Source: an uncultured Gemmatimonadaceae bacterium (lineage in GTDB: Bacteria; Gemmatimonadota; Gemmatimonadetes; Longimicrobiales; Gaopeijiaceae). Taken from it: DNA of 59,706 nucleotides. The stretch's first letter is position 1. Every line of letters begins with the position of its first letter. Location: the NCBI GenBank assembly GCA_964464555.1, contig CAYXGM010000007.1, positions 1-59,706 of the forward strand, written 5' to 3'. Both the position numbers and the translations under genes were made by a program. The notes under the pieces are model-generated. The model was not told the DNA's origin, searched no databases, and was given only the letters and a program-made list of their open reading frames with translations. Of the stretch, positions 40,189 through 48,145 are shown one piece after another.

Positions 40189-41784
40189 TCAGACTCTCAA
40201 GACCAGGGCGGTCCTGTCGTCGGCGGGGATGGACGGACTGACTCCTTCGGCGGCACTGAAGAGCCCTTCCACGATCCCCTCCAACTTCCCGTTCCGACCC
40301 TCGACGGCGGCCTCCAACACCACCTCCTCCCCGTTCCCTCCGTGGACGGCGGCCAGGGTGTCGCTGAGCCCGTCGGTGAAGAGGAGGAGGAGATCCTCGC
40401 CGGTCTGCCAGGGGACGACCCGGTCCTCGAAGGCATCGGGGCCGGCGATGCCCACCGGGGGGTCGGTGGCATTCAGCCGCTCGGAGCTTCCGTCGGCGTG
40501 GATGATGAAGGCGTGGGGGTGGCCCGCGTTGGAGTAGATCAACTCCCCATTCACCGGGTCCAGGACACCGTAGAAGAGGGAGAGGTACATCTCGGTGGTC
40601 TCCAGCTCGTCCCGGAGGGCGTCGTCCAGGTCCCGGAGGACCCGGCCGGGCCGACCCACCTCCAGCGCGTAGATGGCTGCCGCGCTCATGGAGAGGGCCA
40701 TGATGAGGGCTGCGGGGAACCCGTGGCTGGAGACGTCCCCGATCATGACGCCGATACGCCCCTCCGAGAGGTGGAGGAGGTGGAAAAAGTCTCCGCCCAC
40801 CTGCTCCGCGGGCTGCACCCGGGCCGCCACGTCGGCCCCCTCGAAGGCCTCGGCCACGGGGAGGAGCTTCATCTGGAGGTTGTGGGCCAACTCCATCTCC
40901 TTCGTGACCCGCTCCTGGGCCAGGCTTTCCCGGATGAGCCGGTGGTTCTCCAGGGCCGCCCCCACCTGGCTGGCGATGGCCGAAAGGAGCTTCTGGTCCG
41001 AGGCGGTGAAGCGGCCGCCCCGCTTTCGGCCGATGAGGTTCATCACGCCCACTGTCCGGGGCTCTCCCGCCGGGGGCGTGTACCGGATGGGGACCGAAAG
41101 GAGGGAGTCGCCCCGGTCCCGCAGGGGAAGACGGGTCTCTCCCGGCTCGGCCAGCTCTCCCACGATGACGGACCGGCCTTCCCGGAACACCCGGGCCGTC
41201 ACGGCCTGGGAGTCCGAGACGGGGAGGGGCCCGTCCAGGCCGCGATCTCCCACGGCCGCCACCAGGGCCAGGAGGTCCTCGTCGGGTTCGTAGACCCAGA
41301 GAGACCCCCGGCGGGCACCCAGGACGTCGCACACCTCTCCCAGGATCACCCGGGCCGCGTCGTCGAGCCGGAGGAGGGAGCCCAGGGTCTCGCTGATGGA
41401 ATAGAGGAGGTTGATCTCCTCGTAGCGCTCGCTGAGCTCATAGGTGAAGAAGCGGACCTCGAGGCTGAACTCGAAGGCCCGCTCCAGGAGGTTGCCCACC
41501 AGGGCCGCAGCAGCTTCCTGGCGCTCGTCGGGGACCCCTTCGATCTCCAGGCGCAGGTCCGGACCCTCCCGGGGCCGGAGGGTCCGCTTCACAGTGAGGC
41601 CGGTGGGTTGGCACTTCAGAAGCGTCTCGCCCGCGGGGTTTTCCGTTTCGTAGACAAGCTCGTCCTTCTCGCCCTCCTCCTCCCGCCAGACGCGGAAGGT
41701 CACGGAGAGAATCTGTTCGAAGTCGTGGAGGGTCTCGAGAACGGGGTCGGGAAGGGTGCGAAGAGCCGGAAGCTCCGGGGTCAT
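40189..41784 (-). CDS. GAF-domain PP2C-type serine phosphatase (RsbU/SpoIIE-like)
   Basis: Start at MTPELPALRTL. The ATG overlaps the upstream kinase stop (ATGA). A GAF-like middle region. A C-terminal PP2C/SpoIIE domain (...GDVSSHGFPAALIMA...LFTDGLSD...). The 654-aa track ORF is a read-through extension. Confidence 0.8.
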   Translation of the reverse strand: MTPELPALRTLPDPVLETLHDFEQILSVTFRVWREEEGEKDELVYETENPAGETLLKCQPTGLTVKRTLRPREGPDLRLEIEGVPDERQEAAAALVGNLLERAFEFSLEVRFFTYELSERYEEINLLYSISETLGSLLRLDDAARVILGEVCDVLGARRGSLWVYEPDEDLLALVAAVGDRGLDGPLPVSDSQAVTARVFREGRSVIVGELAEPGETRLPLRDRGDSLLSVPIRYTPPAGEPRTVGVMNLIGRKRGGRFTASDQKLLSAIASQVGAALENHRLIRESLAQERVTKEMELAHNLQMKLLPVAEAFEGADVAARVQPAEQVGGDFFHLLHLSEGRIGVMIGDVSSHGFPAALIMALSMSAAAIYALEVGRPGRVLRDLDDALRDELETTEMYLSLFYGVLDPVNGELIYSNAGHPHAFIIHADGSSERLNATDPPVGIAGPDAFEDRVVPWQTGEDLLLLFTDGLSDTLAAVHGGNGEEVVLEAAVEGRNGKLEGIVEGLFSAAEGVSPSIPADDRTALVLRV

Positions 41785-42230
41785 GCCGAGGCCTCGGTTT
41801 CGGACAGGGGAGGACCCTCCTCGGGGGGAAGCCGGAGGACCAGGGTCACGCTGTTTCCCTGGTCGTTGAAGTGGACCTCGTCCAGGAGCTTCCGCATGAG
41901 GAAGATCCCCCGGCCACAGACCTTCATGAGGTTGGCGGGACGGGTCGGATCGGGCAGGCAGAAGGGGTCGAACCCGTTCCCCTCGTCGGTGATCCGTGCG
42001 GTGATGGCCGACTCCTGGAAGGCCACCTCCATCTTCACCGTCTTCGAGGGATCCCGATCGTTTCCGTAGAGCATGGCGTTGGCCAGCGCCTCGGTGAGGC
42101 CGACCCTCAGGTTGAGCCGGAGCCTGCGAGGATGGGTTTCCACGGCCGTGCACTGTTCCACGACGTAGTCCACCGCCTCCTCGATGGAGGAGAGGTCGTT
42201 GGGGATGTCCAGGACGAGATCCGGAGCCAT
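41781..42230 (-). CDS. anti-sigma regulatory factor / serine protein kinase (HATPase_c; RsbW/SpoIIAB-like)
   Basis: ...RVGLTEALANAMLYG... and ...ITDEGNGFDP...GRGIFLMRKL... (Bergerat-fold ATPase). Confidence 0.75.
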   Translation of the reverse strand: MAPDLVLDIPNDLSSIEEAVDYVVEQCTAVETHPRRLRLNLRVGLTEALANAMLYGNDRDPSKTVKMEVAFQESAITARITDEGNGFDPFCLPDPTRPANLMKVCGRGIFLMRKLLDEVHFNDQGNSVTLVLRLPPEEGPPLSETEASA

Positions 42231-42285
42231 TGGCTGGGAGATCAGGTGTCCGTGTCTTCCGGGCCGAGTCAGGCGATACCCGGGA

Positions 42286-42618
42286 TCAGAGGCCCTGGAG
42301 GGCTTCGTCCCGGGACTCGGCGATCTGGAAAAGCGTGTCGAGCTTGGTGAGCTCGAAGAGGGTCCGCAGATCCTCGTTGAGGTTCGCCAGGCGGAGCTCC
42401 CCTCCCTGCTCCCGGATCTTCTTGGAGAGGCTCACCAGGACCCCCAGTCCCGACGAATCGATGTAACCGGTCTTTTCGAAGTCGATGACGAACTTCCGCT
42501 CGCCCTTTTCCAACTCTTCCAGGACCTTCTGCTTCAGCTCCTGGCGATTCCCGACGATGAGCTGGCCCTCCACGTCCACGACCAACACATCGCTCACCTT
42601 CTCAACCTGGAAACCCAT
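42286..42618 (-). CDS. STAS-domain anti-sigma-factor antagonist (SpoIIAA-like)
   Basis: Start at MGFQVEKV, preceded by GGAGGA. ...YIDSSGLGVLVSL... contains the conserved phosphorylatable Ser. The track ORF start (42717) is an upstream extension. Confidence 0.75.
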   Translation of the reverse strand: MGFQVEKVSDVLVVDVEGQLIVGNRQELKQKVLEELEKGERKFVIDFEKTGYIDSSGLGVLVSLSKKIREQGGELRLANLNEDLRTLFELTKLDTLFQIAESRDEALQGL

Positions 42619-42794
42619 GGGTCCTCCGTGAATTGGATCGCACCCCCGGCGGAGACATCGACGACGGGCCCCGATCCGCCCGGACGCCGAGGAAAGATGA
42701 ACAACGATAAGCGCCAAGGGGACCTTCGATCAAGGGAGGTGTGGCCGTCCGGCGTGGCTCCCCGGAGGTCCCCGGGTACCCCGGGGAGCCCTCT

Positions 42795-43298
42795 TCAGCC
42801 CTCCATCTTCTCCTGCATGGCCCGGAGCACCGGGGAGGAGACGAAGGCCGAGACATCGCCCCCCAGGGCGGCCACCTCACGGACCAGGGAGGCCGAGAGA
42901 AAGGAAAAGGGGGTGTCGGGGGTCAGAAAGACCGTCTCCACATCGGCCCAGAGCTCCCGGTTCATCTGGGCCATCTGGAACTCGTACTCGAAGTCCGACA
43001 CGGCCCTGAGACCCCGAATGATGCAGTGGGCTTTCCGCTCCCGGGCAAAGTCCATGAGGAGCCCCGAAAAGGCCGCGCACTCCACCCGCTCCTCTTTTTC
43101 GAAGACTTCCCGGAGCATGGCCAGCCTCTCCTCCACCGAGAAGAGAGGCGATTTGGCCTGCGTCGCGGTCTCCGCCACGGCGATGATCAGCCGGTCGGCC
43201 AGGTGAAGGGTCCGGCGGGCGATGTCCTCATGACCCAGGGTGATGGGATCGAAGGACCCCGGATAGATGGCCAGTACCTCTCTCTTCAGCGAGCTCAT
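42795..43298 (-). CDS. coaD: phosphopantetheine adenylyltransferase
   Basis: Start at MSSLKREVLAIYPGSFDPITLGHEDI (H/TxGH motif). The 250-aa track ORF is an upstream extension. The start overlaps the rsmD stop (ATGA). Confidence 0.85.
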   Translation of the reverse strand: MSSLKREVLAIYPGSFDPITLGHEDIARRTLHLADRLIIAVAETATQAKSPLFSVEERLAMLREVFEKEERVECAAFSGLLMDFARERKAHCIIRGLRAVSDFEYEFQMAQMNRELWADVETVFLTPDTPFSFLSASLVREVAALGGDVSAFVSSPVLRAMQEKMEG

Positions 43299-43822
43299 CG
43301 GCCCCTCGTTACGATGGAAAGTGCGGTGTCTCCATACCGACGCTGACGAAGGCCGTCCACCGCCGGAATGGTCTCGGCCGTCCGATGCTCCACCCACAAC
43401 GCTCCGGCGAACCCCGTCCGGGCAAACAGCTCCACCAGCTCCCCGGCCAGCCCCCGGTCGTAGGGGGGATCGGCCAGGGCGATGTCGAAAGCCCCGGCTT
43501 CCAGACCTCGGGCGTAGGACATGGCATCCCCCCGGACGACGCGGCAACTCCCGTCGGCCCCCAGAAGACGGATGTTGGCTTCCAGGGTGGCCAGGGCCCC
43601 CCGGGCCCGCTCCACGAAGACCACCTCATGGCCTCCCCGGGAGAGCGCTTCCAGTCCCAGTGCCCCCGACCCGGCGAAAAGATCCAGGATCCGGGCCTCC
43701 AGGAGATCACCCCCCAGGGCCGACATCCAGGCCTCCCGGATCCGGTCGGTGGTCGGCCGGACTTTCTTCCCCCGGATGGCCTTCAACCGATGCCCCCTCC
43801 AGCGCCCGGCAATGATCCTCAT
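43295..43822 (-). CDS. rsmD: 16S rRNA (guanine966-N2)-methyltransferase
   Basis: Start at MRIIAGRWRGHRL. ...LDLFAGSGALGLEALSRG... and DPPY motif. The canonical rsmD-coaD pair. Confidence 0.8.
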   Translation of the reverse strand: MRIIAGRWRGHRLKAIRGKKVRPTTDRIREAWMSALGGDLLEARILDLFAGSGALGLEALSRGGHEVVFVERARGALATLEANIRLLGADGSCRVVRGDAMSYARGLEAGAFDIALADPPYDRGLAGELVELFARTGFAGALWVEHRTAETIPAVDGLRQRRYGDTALSIVTRGR

Positions 43823-45654
43823 CGCCGGACGTCCTTCAAGCCCGCCTGGAGGCTCACCACCCCCCGGTATTCGTTTTCCCGGATCTGGAAGGCCACGTCC
43901 AGGGGGCCCCGGCCCAGCTCCGCCGGCGAGATGCGCCTGGCGAGCTGAAAACCGATCCCGTCCAACTCGGCCCCGCCCTGCCGAAAGCGCATCTTGAGGT
44001 GGTGGGTCCCCACGATCCGGGCCTCTCTCGCCAACCTCACCCCCCGGGCGAGGAATACGGGCGTGGGATTCCCTATCCCATGGGGGCCCATGTACTTCAG
44101 ATAGCGGTGGAGGTCGGCGGTGACCTCCGCCAGCTCGATCTCCACCTCCGGGGCGATCTCCGGGCTCAATACCTGGCCGCGCAGAGCTGCGCCAGCTTCC
44201 CGGTTGAAGGCTTCCCGAAAAGCCTCCATCCGATCCGCCCGGATCTCCAGCCCCGCCGCCTGGCTGTGGCCGCCGAACCGCTCCAGGAGGTGCCCGCACT
44301 CCCGGATGGCCTTCAGAAGATCGAAGCCCGGGATGGACCGGCCGCTCCCCCTCCCACGGTCTCCGTCCATGGCCACCAGAATGGCGGGGCGATGAAGCTG
44401 CTCCGTGACCCTGGAGGCCACGATACCCACCACCCCGGGATGCCAGTCCCGGGACGCCAAAACCAGGCCGAAATCCGTCTCCGGGTCGTAGTCCCTGGCC
44501 AGGAGCCGAAGGGCCTCGTCCAGCGTCTGCCGGTCGGTGGCCTGACGGGTCCGGTTCAGCTCCTCGGCCTCCCTGGCCAGCTCGGCGGCTTCCCCGGCAT
44601 GGTCGGTCAGGAGGAGCTTCAGTGCCGCCATGGGCTCCCCCAGCCGCCCCACGGCGTTCAGCCGGGGAGCCAGGGCGAAGGCCACGGCCCCGGCCGAGAG
44701 CTCCCGGTTGTCCAGGCCCGCCTGGTTGATGAGGGCCCGAAGCCCGGGATTGGAGGTCCGGGCCATGGCCCGAAGTCCGTACCGGGCCAGGATCCTGTTC
44801 TCCCCCCGGAGGGGGACCAGATCGGCGATGGTGGCCAGGCCCACCAGGTCCAGGAAGCCGTAGAGATCCTCCCGGGGTAATCCACGGGCCGCTGCCAGCC
44901 CCTGGCACAGCTTGAAGGCCACGCCGGCGCCGCAGAGGCCCGGATTCGGGTAGGAGCAGTCCTCCCGGCCGGGATTCAGGACGGCCAGGGCCGGGGGAAG
45001 ACGGTCTCCCGGCGTGTGGTGGTCCGTGACGATGACGTCCAGGTCCGCCGCCACCGCCTTCTCCACGGCCTCGTGGGCCAGGATCCCGCAATCCACGGTG
45101 ATGAGAAGCCGGGCCCCGGCCTGGAGCGCCGCCTCCACTCCTCCCGGGCCCAGGTCGTACCCGTCCCTCAACCGGTGAGGGATGAAGGGCACGACCTCGC
45201 CCCCCAGGGATTGCAGCCAGCGGGTGAGGAGGGCCGTCCCGGCCATTCCGTCCACGTCGTAGTCCCCATGGACGAAGAGGGTCTCCCCGGCCGCCAGGGC
45301 CCGGAGGATGCGGTCCACGGCCACGGGAAGATCCGTGAGAGCCTCGGGATCGTGGAGATCGTCCAAACGTGGCCGCAGGAAGGCCTTCGCCCCTTCGGGG
45401 TCGGCCAGCCCCCGAGCTACCAGGAGGGCACAGAGGGCCCCGGGGAGCTTCAACTCCGCCTCCAGGGCCGACACGGCTTCCGGATCCCGCCGGGGCGGCT
45501 CCGCCCAGCGGGGTGCCGGGGGAGGGGGGAGGGAACGGGCGCTCAGAGGGGCTCCTCCCCGGGGCTCAGGAGGACGCCGCAGGCCTCGCAGGTGATGAGG
45601 GCGCCGGTCTCCCGAAGCTCGTTCCGGATCTGGATGGGAACCATGCTGAAGCAA
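43819..45654 (-). CDS. recJ: single-stranded-DNA-specific exonuclease RecJ
   Basis: DHH motifs ...FVHGDYDVDGM... and ...ITVDCG...VIVTDHH..., plus a DHHA1 region. The start is uncertain. The track ATG at 45654 overlaps the upstream gene by about 110 nt. Confidence 0.8.
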   Translation of the reverse strand: MLQHGSHPDPERASGDRRPHHLRGLRRPPEPRGGAPLSARSLPPPPAPRWAEPPRRDPEAVSALEAELKLPGALCALLVARGLADPEGAKAFLRPRLDDLHDPEALTDLPVAVDRILRALAAGETLFVHGDYDVDGMAGTALLTRWLQSLGGEVVPFIPHRLRDGYDLGPGGVEAALQAGARLLITVDCGILAHEAVEKAVAADLDVIVTDHHTPGDRLPPALAVLNPGREDCSYPNPGLCGAGVAFKLCQGLAAARGLPREDLYGFLDLVGLATIADLVPLRGENRILARYGLRAMARTSNPGLRALINQAGLDNRELSAGAVAFALAPRLNAVGRLGEPMAALKLLLTDHAGEAAELAREAEELNRTRQATDRQTLDEALRLLARDYDPETDFGLVLASRDWHPGVVGIVASRVTEQLHRPAILVAMDGDRGRGSGRSIPGFDLLKAIRECGHLLERFGGHSQAAGLEIRADRMEAFREAFNREAGAALRGQVLSPEIAPEVEIELAEVTADLHRYLKYMGPHGIGNPTPVFLARGVRLAREARIVGTHHLKMRFRQGGAELDGIGFQLARRISPAELGRGPLDVAFQIRENEYRGVVSLQAGLKDVRR

Positions 45655-46268
45655 TTCCCGCAGGCGCCGTCGGGCGTGACCTCGGCCACCGCCACCGAGC
45701 GGCCTCCTCCCTTGATGCGCTCGTAGCTCTCCAGGGCACGGGAGGGCACGTCGGAGGCAAGCTCCCCCCTCTTCATTTCCAGGTTCCGGACCTCCCTTCT
45801 CAGGTCCTCCTGCTCCTTCTCCAGCTCCTGGCGCCGGGGCTCCACGGCGGCCCGAGCTTCTTCCAGGGCCTCCTCCACCTCCTCCATTCGGAGCTCCATC
45901 TTCCGGATCTGGTCCAGGAGGGTGAGCGCCTCCTGCTCCTCCCCTTCCAGCGCGCTTTTCAGAAGGTCCATCTCGGCCTGGACCGCGGCTTCCTCCCGGA
46001 GGTTTCGAACGGACTTCAGACGCTCCTGGAGCTTTTTCATCCGAGCCCTCCGGCCATCGGCCGAGTGCTCCAGCCGCCGCTCCTCGAGTTTCATCTCCTG
46101 CAGGCGTTTCTGGAGGATGGCCAGCTCCTGCTCCATGGTCAGGACCGGTTCCTCCACCTCGGCCAGAAGGGGTTCGAACTCCTCGATCCTTCGGCGGGTC
46201 TTTTCTATCTGGAGGTCCAGATCCTGCAGCTCCTTCAGCTTTTCCGAGCTATGGTCCGTCATCGGCAT
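45543..46268 (-). CDS. C4-type zinc-ribbon coiled-coil protein (COG1579-like)
   Basis: Long coiled coil and a C-terminal CGNC...CEAC zinc ribbon. Confidence 0.7.
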   Translation of the reverse strand: MPMTDHSSEKLKELQDLDLQIEKTRRRIEEFEPLLAEVEEPVLTMEQELAILQKRLQEMKLEERRLEHSADGRRARMKKLQERLKSVRNLREEAAVQAEMDLLKSALEGEEQEALTLLDQIRKMELRMEEVEEALEEARAAVEPRRQELEKEQEDLRREVRNLEMKRGELASDVPSRALESYERIKGGGRSVAVAEVTPDGACGNCFSMVPIQIRNELRETGALITCEACGVLLSPGEEPL

Positions 46269-48087
46269 TACCGCTCATGATGGGGGGTTCAAAAGGATCC
46301 TGGCGCTTCCGCACGGCGGGGCGCCAGTCGGTCTTCAACTCCCGGCGCAGGCGAGCCAGCTCCTGGAGTTCCCTGGCCATGGTGCGCTGCTCCTCCGGAT
46401 CGTCCTCGGAGCGCATCCTGTCCCGGAGCTCCTGAGCCCGGCGTTCATACTCCCGCTCCTTCATCTGCCCCAGGGAATCGTCCAGTACCCTGGAGGCCTC
46501 GGAGAGGCGCTCCGGGTCGGCCAGGAGGGCTTCCAGCTCCCGGGCCGCCACCGGATCCATCCCCGGAGGGGGATGGGTGAGGTCCGGATCCGCCACCAGG
46601 GTCCGGAACACCTCCCGGTTGGTGGGATCGGTGAAGTCCTCCGGACCCAGACGCTCCACCGCAACCTCCAGGAGCTCCCGGTACTGGACCAGGAGGAGGA
46701 GGATCTTCTTCTCCGGCCCCATCCGGACCGGGCGGTGGGAGGGCACCGAGGGAGTGGGGGCCGAGCGGGCGCTTTTCCCGGAACTCGAGGATGGGAGACC
46801 CGGTGAGCGCCGGATCTCCTCCTCCAGCGTTTCCCGGCGCACGCCCGTCCGTTCCGCCACCTTGGCCACGTAGATGTCCCGGAGGGCCGGGTCCTTCGCG
46901 GCCCGGAGGGTGGGAAGAAGGCGGTCCACGGCCCCCCGGGTTCCCTCGATGCTGGAGAAATGGTCTCGCTCCTCCAGGATCTGGAGCTTTCGGTCCAGGA
47001 CGTCAACCGCCTGGTTCAGGTACTCGCGGATGCCGTCCGGCCCCTCCTTGCGGACGATGGTGTCCGGATCCTCACCCGGCGGGAGTGTCACCACCGCCGG
47101 ATGGAGCCCGGCGGTGAGGAGAATGTCCGCAGCCCGGAAGGTCGCCTTGAGCCCGGCGGGGTCACTGTCGAAGAGGATGTAGATCCGCGAGCAGTAGCGG
47201 GCCAGGAGCCGGGCCTGCTCCTGGGTCATGGAAGTGCCCAGGGGGGCGACGGCGTTCTCGATGCCCCCGGCCCCCAGGGAGACGGCGTCCATGTATCCTT
47301 CCACCACCAGGGCTCCCTCCTCCCTCCGGATGGCGTTCTTGGCCCAGCTCAACCCGTACAGGATCTCCCCCTTGTGGTAGATGGGGCTCTCGGGGGAGTT
47401 CAGGTACTTGGGGACTTTCTTCCCCGCCTTTCCCAACGTCCGTCCCCCGAAGGCGAGAACGCGGCCGGAAGCGGATTCGATGGGGAAGATGATCCGGTTG
47501 CGGAACCGATCGTAAGGCTCCTTCCCGTCGTCCCTCTGGATGAGGAGCCCCACCTCCAGGAGGACCTGGTCGTCCATTTCGTGCTTCGCCGCGGCCTCCC
47601 GCAAAAAGCGCCACTGGTCGGGAGCGAACCCCAGGCCGAAGCTCTCGGCCACCTCCCGGCCGATGCCCCGGCCCTCCAGGTAGGATCGGGCCGCCCGCCC
47701 CATCGTTTCGTCCCGGAGGGCGTTCTGGAAGGTCTGCTGGGCGAAGGCGTTGATCTCGTAGAGATGCCGGTTCGGATCCTCCCCCCCCGGCCGCTTCGTT
47801 TCCCTGATCTCCACGCCGGCCCGCTCGGCCACGTACTTTACCGCGTCCACGAAGCTGAGTCCCTGACGCTTCATGAGAAAGGAGAAGACGTCTCCGGATT
47901 CTCCGCACCCGAAGCACTTGTAGAACCCCTTTGCGGGCACCACGTAGAAGCTCGGAGTCCGCTCCTCGTGGAAGGGACACCGGGCCTTGTACTCCTTCCC
48001 GGCCTTCTTCAAGGCGACGTGCTCCCCCACGATCTCGACGATGTCGGCCCGGGCCCGGACCTCCTCCACCACGTCGTCGGGAATCAT
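46249..48087 (-). CDS. dnaG: DNA primase
   Basis: Zinc ribbon CPFHEERTPSF...CFGCG. TOPRIM region ...EGYMDAVSL... Confidence 0.9.
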   Translation of the reverse strand: MIPDDVVEEVRARADIVEIVGEHVALKKAGKEYKARCPFHEERTPSFYVVPAKGFYKCFGCGESGDVFSFLMKRQGLSFVDAVKYVAERAGVEIRETKRPGGEDPNRHLYEINAFAQQTFQNALRDETMGRAARSYLEGRGIGREVAESFGLGFAPDQWRFLREAAAKHEMDDQVLLEVGLLIQRDDGKEPYDRFRNRIIFPIESASGRVLAFGGRTLGKAGKKVPKYLNSPESPIYHKGEILYGLSWAKNAIRREEGALVVEGYMDAVSLGAGGIENAVAPLGTSMTQEQARLLARYCSRIYILFDSDPAGLKATFRAADILLTAGLHPAVVTLPPGEDPDTIVRKEGPDGIREYLNQAVDVLDRKLQILEERDHFSSIEGTRGAVDRLLPTLRAAKDPALRDIYVAKVAERTGVRRETLEEEIRRSPGLPSSSSGKSARSAPTPSVPSHRPVRMGPEKKILLLLVQYRELLEVAVERLGPEDFTDPTNREVFRTLVADPDLTHPPPGMDPVAARELEALLADPERLSEASRVLDDSLGQMKEREYERRAQELRDRMRSEDDPEEQRTMARELQELARLRRELKTDWRPAVRKRQDPFEPPIMSGNADDGP

Positions 48088-48145
48088 GCCTTGACTCCGT
48101 CCGTCACCGTCTACGCCTCTCCTCCATGGTCCATGTCGGGGCTCC

